In this document: piece by piece, positions 13,801 through 26,300 of the stretch
How positions within the stretch are numbered: position 1 is the stretch's first letter
How the letters are laid out: each line of letters starts with the position of its first letter
NCBI GenBank assembly: GCA_949358305.1
Contig: OX442314.1
Coordinates: forward strand, 7,006,001-7,070,000
DNA: 64,000 nucleotides
Direction: 5' to 3'
Source: Strigamia acuminata
Lineage: Eukaryota
Position numbers and translations under genes: made by a program
Notes under the pieces: generated by a model
Told to the model about the DNA's origin: nothing
Seen by the model: only the letters and a program-made list of their open reading frames with translations
The model's database searches: none

Positions 13801-14947
13801 ATAAAAGATTGCCTTTCAGGTCGGGGACGTACAGGGCATCGAGCAATGATATTTCCGTCCATTCAGATTGTGATTTCCGACATTTGACAACGACGGTGCC
13901 TCTTCCCTTGGCTACGAGCTCCACGCCCTGTTTTGCCGTCGTGACAATCGTTTCGTCCTCTTCGAACGTTACGAACCAGTCGCGTCGACAGGTCATGTGC
14001 GTTGACGCACCCGAGTCGAGCACCCATCCCGAACGGCTCGCATTGTCGCCAAAAACGACAACAAAAGCGTGATGTTTGGGCTTTTTGTCAGCGCCTCCTG
14101 GCGACGAATCTGCGACGTAAGCATGATGCGGAGCTTGCGTCTGCGCGACTTTTGCCGTCTCCTTGGCTTGGGTTTTTGGTCTTTTCTCCGGATAACGCGC
14201 CCAGCAATTTTTTGCAATGTGGCCTGGCTTTCCGCATTCATAACAAGCCGCTTTACCTTCAGTCTGTGACTTTCTCCCGCCAGAGTTCTTCCCGACGACT
14301 GCTTTGAAAGCTGCTGTCGTCACCGCCGAAGTCCCCTGGGTTGATGAGCTCAACTGCTCTTCGAGGAGCAAAGAACTACGGAATTCGTCAAATGTCGCAT
14401 CCGGTCTCGAACGAAAATCGCGCGCTATATGGGTGAATTTGGCGTTTAGCCCCAACGACGCATACAGAACGACTTCCTGATCCGGAGTGTCTCGTCCTAC
14501 AGCCTTGGCTTTGGCCTGTGTTGCTAAGGCCCGATTTAGATAGCCGTCAAGACTTTCCTCCGCGCGCATCCGCAGCTTTCCCAACTCGATACCTGCATCG
14601 ATGCGCTTTCGTACTGTCGTACCCGCGTGCCGTTTCTTCAAGATTTCCCAAACAGCTTTTGCGTGCTTTTCGCCGAGGCAGCAAACCGCTTGTTGCTCAG
14701 AAATAGTAAGCACAATAATTCCAAGTGCCTCGCTATTTTGTTTGACCCATTTTTCGTACGCCTTCTCTTTGGCGTCGTAATCCGCATCTGCTGGATCTCC
14801 CGGTTTTTCCAGTTCTTGTTCAGTAAGTGCGCCACTTAGCCCTTTCGCGGACAAAAGTGCTTCGAGCTTATATTGCCAAACAAAATAGTTGTCCACGTTT
14901 AACTGGTCGATTCTATTTAGCGACCCACCAGCAATTGTGTCCGCCAT
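10820..14947 (-). pseudogene. Copia-2 gag-pol with one in-frame stop
   Basis: ORFs 12182-14947 and 10820-12181 share a frame and are separated by one TAA in the conserved KWIFRI*LNSD (normally K). CCHC, WVLDSGAS, rve, YVDD and RNase H motifs are present. Probable terminal frameshift after DFLTK. Confidence 0.93.
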
Positions 14948-15040
14948 CAGAATACGTTCGAATTGCGACGACGTTCAAATTACGAGTCTTAAAAATAAGC
15001 CTTGCCTCCCAATCCGTTTCGTCTCAGCAACGTTCTTAAT

Positions 15041-16287
15041 TAGGGATTGCAGTACCGGACGGTTTTCATGGTACCGGTATTCGGTACTGAAATTTTTTTC
15101 CGGTACTAAATTCGGTTCCGGTCCCAAATGAAAAATGGGCACCGGTATTGGGGCCGGTACTACTACCAAAGCGGTACTGGCACCGGTATTGGTACCGGTT
15201 CTGGATAGTCTATCTATTTCTCACCAAAAAAATATTTATTTGTCATGTATACTGGTAATTAGATAATACTGTAGTATTACAATTTATTCACCAGGCTGAA
15301 GTTGGCACCACATTCACATTTGCCCAAACTACTGATAGAACAAATCCCAACTTTTTTTTACCATGGATTTCAATGGTTTTTACACGAAAAGGTAGAGGAC
15401 TTTCTCCTAAACAAATCGTGAACAGCACAAGTCTCTACTCCTTTTAGTTTTCGAGCAGCAAGCATTTGAATATGGCACAAAAAAGACTTGCACTAAATTT
15501 CCAAATCTGGTGCCACAACTTTAGACCCCAATATCTCAACAAACCTGATCACGGACCTTCTCTACAAACCCTGAAAGGCACAACACTCTACCCCTCTTAG
15601 TTTTCGAGCGGCGGACACTTAAACATTGGGGAGCCTGCTGGGAAGCCTGCTGAGGAGCCTTCGTGTATCATGCACGGAAATCAAAAACTGAAATGCAACA
15701 ACGCTGAAATAAAAAATGCAAAAAACTTGGAATATTTGGGTTTTTGTAATTTCAGTTGCGCCAAATTCAAATGGTCGCCGCTTGAAAACCAAGAGGGGTA
15801 GAGTGTTCTGCCTTTTAGGATTTGTAGAAGAGAAGGTCCTCTATATCGTTTGGTTTTTTAAATAAAAAAATCCATCGTCAGGTTGTTGAGATATTGGGGT
15901 TTGAAGTTGTGGCACCAGATTTAAAAATTTAGTACAAGTCTTTTTTGTGCCATATTCAAATGCTTGCTGTTCTAGTTCAGCCATTTGCCATTATTACTAT
16001 TTCCAAGTTAATTTAAAAGGAGTAAATAACGAGTGAAATAAAATTTGTCACCTCCTACATCATTAGAAATGCTGGTAGTAGTTGGCGTTGTTGTGTTGTT
16101 TATGATGATGGAAAGTACCGGTTCTGGTTCCGGTGTGAGGGACGGTTCCGGTACCAAGAAAAGCTTACGGTACTAGTACCGGCCCTCAGTACCGACAGAA
16201 AAAAAACCTCGGTACCAAGACTGGTACTGAATCCCGGTACCAATACCGGTACTGGAACCGATACTGAAACCGGTACTGCAATCCCTA
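15041..16287. mobile_element. hAT-type non-autonomous element in the Copia-2 5' leader
   Basis: TIR TAGGGATTGCAGTACCGG; 8-bp TSD TTCTTAAT at 15033-15040 and 16288-16295; many subterminal ACCGGTA-type motifs. Confidence 0.92.
15456..15969. repeat. Internal foldback (inverted repeat) within the hAT element, possibly a nested MITE
   Basis: CAGCAAGCATTTGAATATGGCACAAAAAAGACTTG... is mirrored at about 15880-15969, with a second inverted pair further inside. No TSD identified. Confidence 0.6.
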
Positions 16288-17399
16288 TTCTTAATTCTCT
16301 CGAAAAAACCGTTTATCAAGCGAGGGTAGATGCTTTTTCGGCAAAACCAATCCTCTGCTACCAATTTGTTATATTTCGTAGAATAAAAAGTCAGTTTGAA
16401 GAGGAGAAAACAGAAACAACCTTTTACTCGGCAAGAATAATACAAAGTGTGAAAAGAAACAACGGCACGCGACGTGCACTATATTATTGGTTTGAGCATG
16501 CGCAATTACCCCAACAGTGTTAACATGGTCTCCGACGCATTTTCCATTTGACTGTAAATAAAAATCAGTCTGCTCGAAAAATTGCTAATGAATTGAGTGT
16601 AAATGTATAAAATACCACATTTACTTGAGTTTTGAAGAAGAATGACAGTAGTAAGTAGATGAAAAAGAAGGCAAAACCCCTCCTAAAAAAGAAGCACAAA
16701 GAAGACAGATTAAAGTGGGCAAAAAAATATCAAACCTGGGATGCAGAATGGAAAAAAATAATTTTCTGTGATGAAAAAAGTTCAACCTTAATGACCCAGA
16801 TGGCAATAAATACTATTGGCATAATTTAAATAAAGAAGAGGAGTATTTTTCAAAGGTCTTCTTTGTGCTTCTTTTTTAGGAAGGGTTTTGCCTACTTTTT
16901 CATCTACTTACTACTGTCATTCTTCTTCAAAACTCAAGTAAATGTGGTATTTTATACATTTACACTCAATTCATTAGCAATTTTTCGAGCAGACTGATTT
17001 TTATTTACAGTCAAATGGAAAATGCGTCGGAGACCATGTTAACACCACATTAAAATCACTAATTAATTCCATGTTAGACAGGGTGTACATAGTTATACTA
17101 AAGTAGGGTAACTTTATTTGGTATTAAATGGTACTAAATCATTGCCTACATTGTCATAAATCATTGTTAACCAACTGTTCATAATTTTTTGAACCAGGGT
17201 GTTTTTTCATTTTAGTTGATTACGAGGGAAAAATAAAAGTTTCCATGTTAAAAAACAAGGTTTCTTGCTTACTTTGATGTGAAAAAACGATTGGAATAGG
17301 TTAGAAAACCATAAAATGACGAGATCAATTCAAAACAAACAAATTTCACGTGTTCATAATTTTTTGTGCCGCACCTTATGAAAAAAATGTGAACTATAC

Positions 17400-20300
17400 C
17401 TGCACTTAACACCTCGAAATACATTGTTTTGCCAGCAAGCACTTTTACATTTGAGATAAGCACTTTTGTTTTTTTCACACGGATCGCGCTTTGTATTTCT
17501 TCGTATGATCTATTTCGTAAACGAAATCTTAGTATGAGCATTTATACAGTATACTTTATTTCATTTTCTACCTGAAACTCTCGAAGTACGACTTCGTTGA
17601 CACAGGCATAGTTTACGGTCAATGGTGCCAAAATGTTAACTTCCTCTTCCCGATTATTTATGAGTAGCTGCATGTTATTATAATCCAAAATATAATTAAT
17701 ACTGTACGTGCACAAAAATATTTTTTCTATTTTTCTATACACAATTAGGAATACATGTGTGTCCGAACCAAACACGAACCATTGTTATAACTTTTTTCAG
17801 ATTTGGATTATCCTAAGAACTTCTTTTGCTTCTTTGTGCTTGAATAAATTGACTTTCTCGTTATCTTATTTAAGAATGCGCTGCTTAAAAAGAGACCGAG
17901 AATGCCAATTTAACACATTCCATTTTGGTTGCGAAATTTCAGGTAATTTCGAGTGAAAATAATTTTTTACACACCTTTAGCTGTGGATCACAAGCTTCTG
18001 GAGGAGATAGATATCTTCTAAACCTGATGAATAGCTTAGTGGTGTTTGTGCTTGTTTTATCTGTAAGACAGCGGTAAAATCAGAATTAATTTTCCAACTC
18101 GTCTGCAGGAAACCAATTTTTACAGGAAATAATTTCGGAAAAAAAGACACATTGAATAATCCCAGAATTCAAAATACAACCATTAATTAACTAAAATCAG
18201 AAATTAATTTTTTATATTACCATTCCTTATTTGTGAACAATTACCAAACGGAAGTGAAATAAGACTAGTTGATGTTACCTGTAAACATATGTGACGGTGA
18301 CGACCACAACTCCCATTTAACAATGGTACCGGGAAGAGATCGCAATAAATAAACAGTGAATACAATACGAGATAAATACAAGACAGTTTATTGTTGGTAA
18401 ACAATAATATCAAGGCTAAATTATACATAGGACTAATGCCGACATTTGGCAAGTTAAATCAGCTATTAAACTATACAAAGAATTGGCCAACTGGCCCTAG
18501 AATAATATCACTACGGGTCTGGAATATGGGAGCGGTTTCCCCATCGCTCGACCTGATTATAGATGTCATCTTAAGCCGGATGGCTGTGTCCTGGAGTCCG
18601 ATACGGCTTCGCTGGTTTCCTTGGTTCGCTGTGTAAACTATCGCACGTCGATAAATCGAATGATCTGAGCATTGCGGTTGACTTTGTCTGCACCGCCACA
18701 ACTTTGGGAGGATATTGGTGTAAGTAAATGTATTCATTTACTTATCAATATTCCACTTATGAATTATATTTAATTCATATCGTTGTGAATTCTTATTTAG
18801 ATATTTCGGGAATAAGTTGTCGTCAACTTATCGGTTATATTGAGTTCAATATGAGATTAAGTCTTCTGACTTGATTTTGGTCCAACTGGTTGTCGAGTTT
18901 AAGTTTTGCTGTTATAAATAAAATGAAGATTAAGCTTCCCGTCGCAACACACAATTGCCATCGATTAGAATATACGCCTTGCCATGCAGAACGGTATCAA
19001 GCGTCCCCGGCGTCGCAGCACGGTCGTCCATCGAGTGGTTGACGGTACCACGTACACAGGGGTCGATAGCTCGCGGCTCCGCACAGCAGTTTTATCTCTC
19101 GCGGTACTAATAATAGACCGACTGCTTTGGCATCGAATACCATGAGAATCAGCTTGCCAAACACTTGGTGCTACTCGTGGTTACTGTAAAACAGACTGCT
19201 TTGGCACCATCAGGTGAAGGAACCGATTCTCAACAATACCGATGCTACTCGTGGTAACGGAATACGTTCATACCGAAAAAGACAACTTGGTCCTGTCCGG
19301 AGGATACTGAATTGCACAACGGCGGGTTCTCCTTCGGCGTCGCAACCGTAGACTGTAACATTTATGCAACATAATAATCCCAGCACTTCGACTTCAATTG
19401 CCGGCGGTGGCATGATTCTGTAGAATCATGCAACGGTTCTTTGCGAATAAATCAACAAAGAACCAAAAGGTTTTTTACGTGAACAACGAATCATATTTCT
19501 TAAGTAACAATACCAAACAGAAAATAATCAAACAGAGCTGCGGAATGGCCGATTGTTTGGGTTTATATAACCTGACTGGATTAAGGATTAATCCAGTCAT
19601 CCAATTGGAACATGGGTTCCACGAATCCCTCCAATCCCGTATCACCGGAAGTGGATACGGAGGAGCATTAGGCTAATTCTCACCACAACCGGAACTGGAT
19701 ACCCAGGGCCGGAAATGGATCCACCAATCAGATCGATCGGTTGATCGATTGATCACCAAATGTTCTATCCCGCAGAAAATGGAAGTTATAATGTATTTAA
19801 CATCAAAAGACATTAATATATCTTTATATTAATGTTCACAAAGCTTCGTTTCGTTCTAGTAAATATAGTTTTATATTTATTTACATGTTTTATATTCATA
19901 TCTTGAATTTACCGCTAAATCGTGATCGCGCCATCTGGCGACAACATTGCGCATTGACAAATGCGGTTTTAGTAGACGAATCATCGTGATTTGGTCGTGA
20001 TATCTTGATATCATGTAGGAATGTTATTAATACTAATTAATACATCATCTTTTATCATGGAAACCTCATAAATAGCTTTATTTAGGAATTATATCCGTTT
20101 TACACAGAATACTGTAAAAATACCGTCATAATGACACAACAGCGCTTTTCTATAGAAAATAGGCATTTATAGCCATTAAAAACCGTCACACATCCCCCTT
20201 AATAACACAACTATATAATATTTTATAGAGTTTTCGTTATTCTCCTAATTAGCATAAATGCTATTTTCGGACTTGATGTATCTTGGAGATACTGTGACTT

Positions 20301-23300
20301 CCAATTTCGAATTTGAGTTTACATAAACTAACTTGAATTATCTAAGTTCTGGATTTCTGCCGAAATAATCTTTTCTAATAGCCTAAATTCAAGTCCAGAA
20401 TTTATTTCCAAGTCTTCTTTTTTGAAGAAACTTTCGTCATACATAAAATCATCATTTGTGTTATCACAAAATATTTATTTCATATGCCTAGTCAGATGTA
20501 TTGCTATAAATATACAATAATAGCTTTCGGATGATAAGAGTTGACAATTAAGAATCAAAATGTCCCCCTTAATTGTCATGACCGGAGTCACTTGGTATTC
20601 TTTGTACAATTGACTAATTTAATTAAACTAGTTGTCTTAATAATGTAGCATTACCTTTCAAAATTTTGTTAATTCTAACTTTTATATTTTGTTCCCCTTT
20701 TCTTTAGAAAACGAGGTCATGATTTATAGAGAAAGGATTTTTCTGTTACTCTGAAATCGGGAAATCTTTTGATCTTACATTTTGTGTTGAGAAAGCTTCT
20801 CAAATAAGTCGGACATAGACTTATTAATAACTGCAGTTATTCTGTTTTCCATTTCCGTAAACCGTTGTTCTAATACTTCGGTGGTGACCCAATTTTGTCG
20901 GGGTCGTTTAAATGAGTCTTTTGACACATTTGAATAATCAAAATTTTTACGTTGGTCATTAAATTTTCGTTTAGACCATGTGGGACAATCTTGTTTGGTA
21001 TGTCCCGGTTGTTTACAATGAAAACATTTCCTGACATAAGTGAAGGTGGCCTCTTGTGAATTTGTAGCTTCAGGAACAGAATGGTGTAAGCCAGTCTCAC
21101 CATATTTATATTTGTTGGTCTCATTGCTGGTTGAACTAGTATTAAACCGACTGAGCAAGACTTTTTCAACTTTCGGTTTTGTGATGAAAGTATTCTTTTC
21201 CTGAGACGTTCCATCGAACGGTCCTCTTATTTGAGTAGTTGAAACTATTGTTTTTGTACTCGTATCGTGTTGGTAATACTTTTCCAAGGGAAAAAGAGTT
21301 TGTTTGAACCTTTTCCGATTTGAAATGGGTGTTAGGTAGAATTGTCTTGGCTGGGGACTCTTCTTGGTAGACAAATCATTCGTCCGCAAACATGAGTTTG
21401 TGATTGGCGATCGGGCACGTTGTTGTAAGTTATTTGACTGCAAACGTTTGTTTGGAGTATGCAAACTACTCTTCTTTTTCGTGGGATTGGAAAACGAAGT
21501 TGTAAATCCATCGCAGGGATTCGGCGACAGCAAACGTTTGTTTACAGCTCGAACATCTTTCTTTTGTGTTGATATTGGTGGCCCAAAACTTTTGTTTACG
21601 GTTCCCAATTCTTTTGATAACGGTAGGTTAATCGACAGATTAAGGCTAGCCACATATCGTTGTGCTTCAGCTGGATTAGCATATCGAACTGAAATTAGCT
21701 GATCCCGATTGTAAACGAGTTTTAATTTGTTCTGAACAACCGACTGGTTAGTTAACGAACTCTCTGGACGAGAATTATTAGGTTTATAATTCTCTTCCCC
21801 CTTATCTACCGAATTAGGTGGTTTAAACTTTTCTAAGTTAGATCCCCTACTGGATGTTTGAAACATAGTATGAAAATCTTGATTCACTAAGTTTCGACTG
21901 GATGTTTGTGGATTCCGTACTGGATCTTGATGTGAAGATTGAGATTGGGTACGATCTCGCCAGTTCCTAGCTTTTACATAGTCTGAAGCTTCGATTATAT
22001 TTTTAAACTTGGTTTTATCCAGTCCATGACGATTACAATACAGAGTAAAATGATCGGGAATCTTTTCTGTTTGATCGCCAAGTGGTACATAACTTAAATT
22101 TAAGTTTGTCCGTTTATTAATTCCCTCGAGATCGACCATTTTCAATGGTTTTTGAGCCATACTAAATTCAGAATCTGACGATTTTAATTCTTTAATTATA
22201 AAGAACACGAATATACGCCCTTTAAAAGACGATATAATACACTTTTCGCAAGAAACACTTCTAAACTTCACTTTTAACAAGTAAAATTAAACTTCGCGTT
22301 TGTTTAACACGTGTTAGCTTTGCAGGTTACACGGCACACAAAATTCGAAACGTGACTGAAATCGGACGGCGTGGTCAAGATGGCACTGGAACACGTCTGC
22401 GGGTCTGGTCTGGAAACGAATGATCAGTGTCTGATCTGGTCCTCCTTTAATAGCAGGTGGCTGGGGATCCCTAGATCTCTTGACTTCTGATTGGCGGATT
22501 TCACCGACAACCAATAGTATAATGGACGTTATACTTAATTAGCAGTTCTCTACTAAGTCCGTTCCCTTCGAGATTCAATTTTACCGATAAAATAAAATTC
22601 CTTCGGGAAGACATTCGTAAAATATTGTATTTTTCAAATGAAAATAAAATAAACTTACTTCAATCTTCTTGAACTTTGGGATTTTTACCAATCCAAATAA
22701 TTAAATAACTTTTCTTCAAAAAATATTTTTCTTTGATTATTCCGTTTAGTGTGTAATATCATTACAACCACAGTTTTAATAAAGTTTTCTCAAACTCTCA
22801 ATTTTTCTTATTCTTATTCAATTATCGTTCAAATAATCATTCCTTTGTAATTGAAATCTATTTTCGATTCCCAACATTGTGTATTCATTTCCAATAGGAA
22901 GAATAATTTGACCAAGTCTTTACTTTTTCGGGTTTAAATTCCATTTTTCGAGTGTGAAAAAATAAATTTTCACCATCCATCTCCCCCTTTTTTAACAAAT
23001 TTTTTTAACAAATAAAAATTCGTTAAAATTCTTTAAATTTGTTTTGCGAGAAAAATTATCTAATTCTCTAATCTTCCAAAAGAAAATATTCGAAATTTTA
23101 CTTTAAACGATAAAGTTATTGGTACAAATGTGTACTTGTTTTTCGGGAGAAAACTATTCGACAATCCTTTAGACTTTTGGGTAAAAATTATTCATCAAAT
23201 CTTTCTTTTTTGATGACAATTGCTTTGATTTTTCGAAAGAAAATATCTAGCTAAATTCCACTTTTCCTGAGCGGACAATTGTTTTCACAATTAGTTATTC

Positions 23301-26300
23301 CTTTGCGATATTTACGAAGGACGTGTCTTTGATTATTCGTTTTAATAATTTTCGTCCCCCTTATCTCTAATAACGAGATGTTTTTGCAGAGATCTTTTAT
23401 CTTTTGAATGAAAGAATATTTAAATCTCAATTGTCGTAAATACCTTCATCTGCTGCAGCATTTCCTCAATTTGAACTTTTCAAATGAAAAGACAAATCTG
23501 GAGAACTTTCACTGTCAAACTTCTATTCCTATCGCGCCAAAATTCGTAATTCACTGGTTTGGAATTCCGTATAACACGTGACACAATAACAGTATCGATG
23601 TCACAATTAAGCAGTTTACTACTCGGTCCGCGCGAGGACATGTAAATTACTTTTTTCCGATAAAAATAATTTTTCTTTGAAAAATATTTGAAATTGATTT
23701 TTCACAACTACTTTTGAATGAAATAAAATGAAGTTATTCCAACTTTTCGTTAATTGCTCACACATAACATTCCCTTTACTGTGGGATTTGCATCGAAATT
23801 CCATTTTTAAAGAACCTTTCTTTTACTTATCGCAAATAAAACATATTCAATCGTTTTTCTGATTAAACTTTAACACGTAAATTACGAACGAAATATATGA
23901 TGACATTCCATTAACCTTTAGGAAAATTGACTAAATTCTTAATTTTTAGAGAAAAATAATGTATCTAGAATCTTTCCTTTTCCGAATAAAATCTATGTTC
24001 AAAATAGAAGATAAATCTTGTGCAATTCTTAGTTTTTTCGAATGGAAAAATACAACTTTTCATCAGCGGTGATTTATTTGATTTTTCCGAAAGAAAAATA
24101 ATTACTTTGAAACTTATTTTCTTCGTTTAAATCAGCTATCTGATTTTAAAGCTTCAATCCAATTAAAAAATATTCGCTCCGTAAATATTTCATGTGGCAA
24201 AGTTCATAGCCACAAATGGATTTGTTATTCCGGTTTTAAGAAATCATGTGGGAAAATGTCCGATTAGATTACTAAAAATATTCGTTGTTTTTCAAACAGC
24301 TAAATTTCATTTAGAAATTCTCAAAATTTGGGAGACCCAAATATCGTTGGAAACTTAAAACACTGTTAAATTTCCGAAAGGAAAGATTGAATGAAATCCT
24401 TTTACTTTTCCGAGGGAAAGCGTTTATCGTGATTCGTAACTTTCAATGTAAAAAATACTATTCTACGTGGTCGGCAACTTCATTCGCCGCCATTTTATAT
24501 TTTCTTAATTTCCATTGTCCCGAAGGAAAAAATGTACTTTTTGTGAAAATAGTTAATTCCTTCAAATAAAGGTAATATTCATTTCGATTTGCAAATCTTT
24601 TCTGCGAAATGGAGTGTGTTGTTTTTCTCCAACAACTAAATTATCTTTGGTACCGATGGCAGTGGAAAAATTAGTTCGCGACACTTAAATAAATCTCTAC
24701 GAACCTTCTGTAACATTTCTCCGCTGTCTTTTATCTGTTGTCCGCCATAATTTCCAAGCATTCGTTCGCACCTTGCGTTGAAGGTTTGAGTAGCTTCCCT
24801 GCTGCGTTTGATACGGAGATCGACGCGTATTGCTATGGCGCGTGGTCGCTGGCTATCGGTGTCGACGTACAGTTACAAGAAACTTAATTTCTTGTAAATA
24901 TTTCCAAATAGTTGCGGTGTTTTCTTCGTTTTAACTTTTCAGGTGGAAAGATAAATTCGTAAGAAGTCCGCCTTCTAAACTTGTATGTTTTTAGCTTTTC
25001 GAAATAAAACAAACTTCGAAAAAAAATATCTGTATTCTTATTTCACTCGAAACTTTTTTGATTTCTTATTTAAAATACTTCGTATTCCTTAAATTGTCGA
25101 ACGAAAATAGTAAAGAGAGTTCACTAAACGTTTCCATTTCGTCAGTTTAACTTTTCACATGAAAATATAAACTGAAAATCTATTTGTCTGTTTTAACTAA
25201 AATTTTTTAGTTAATATCGGATTCAAGATTCGCTTTTGCAATTCGATCGAATTAATTTGCAACCTATTTCAGTGATCGTGTGATAGGTCTATAACTTCCG
25301 AAATTCCTAGTTAAAGGACAGTTTTGGTGTTTCTCAAGAAAATAAACATGGTTTGAAACTGGTCTGTTTTTTAACTAAATCTTTTAGTTAAATATTTATC
25401 TCAAAATTCACTTTTACAATTCTATCGAATTTAATTGCAACCTAATCTCGGTGGGACCTCCACGTGTGAGATTAGGTGGTAGTCTTTGAAATCCCTAAAA
25501 TCTTCAAACGAAAATAATGAAGGAAAATCTACTACGTATTTCTATTTCATCAGTTTAACTTCTTCACATGGAAATATAAACTGAAAATTTAATCTGTCTA
25601 TTTTTAACTTAAATCTTTTAGTTAAATATTTATCTCCAATATTCACTGTTGCAATTCAATCGAATTTAATTGCAACCTAATCTCGGTGGGACCTCCACGT
25701 GTGACGGTGACGACCACAACTCCCATTTAACAATGGTACCGGGAAGAGATCGCAATAAATAAACAGTGAATACAATACGAGATAAATACAAGACAGTTTA
25801 TTGTTGGTAAACAATAATATCAAGGCTAAATTATACATAGGACTAATGCCGACATTTGGCAAGTTAAATCAGCTATTAAACTATACAAAGAATTGGCCAA
25901 CTGGCCCTAGAATAATATCACTACGGGTCTGGAATATGGGAGCGGTTTCCCCATCGCTCGACCTGATTATAGATGTCATCTTAAGCCGGATGGCTGTGTC
26001 CTGGAGTCCGATACGGCTTCGCTGGTTTCCTTGGTTCGCTGTGTAAACTATCGCACGTCGATAAATCGAATGATCTGAGCATTGCGGTTGACTTTGTCTG
26101 CACCGCCACAACTTTGGGAGGATATTGGTGTAAGTAAATGTATTCATTTACTTATCAATATTCCACTTATGAATTATATTTAATTCATATCGTTGTGAAT
26201 TCTTATTTAGATATTTCGGGAATAAGTTGTCGTCAACTTATCGGTTATATTGAGTTCAATATGAGATTAAGTCTTCTGACTTGATTTTGGTCCAACTGGT

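Larger units (their letters stand above)
10558..16516 (-). mobile_element. Copia-2 LTR retrotransposon
   Basis: 150-bp LTRs at 10558-10707 and 16367-16516 look identical. 5-bp TSD GTGTT. PBS TGGTAGCAGAGGA (iMet) at 16351-16363. PPT next to 10708. Confidence 0.97.
10222..17376 (+). mobile_element. Tc1/Tc3-like non-autonomous element with about 520-bp inverted arms, split by Copia-2
   Basis: TA-flanked termini AGGTGCGGCACAAAAAATTATGAACAC. Left arm (10222-10557 plus 16522-~16707) mirrors ~16856-17376. The centre encodes a transposase relic: KHKEDRLKWAKKYQTWDAEWKKIIFCDEKKFNLNDPDGNKYYWHNL. Confidence 0.9.

Noticed and set aside
16351..16363. tRNA genes at tRNA-like matches (also 1425, 25679, 48274, 54192)
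   Set aside because: Only the 3'-terminal 12-19 nt including CCA, next to LTRs; these are primer-binding sites.
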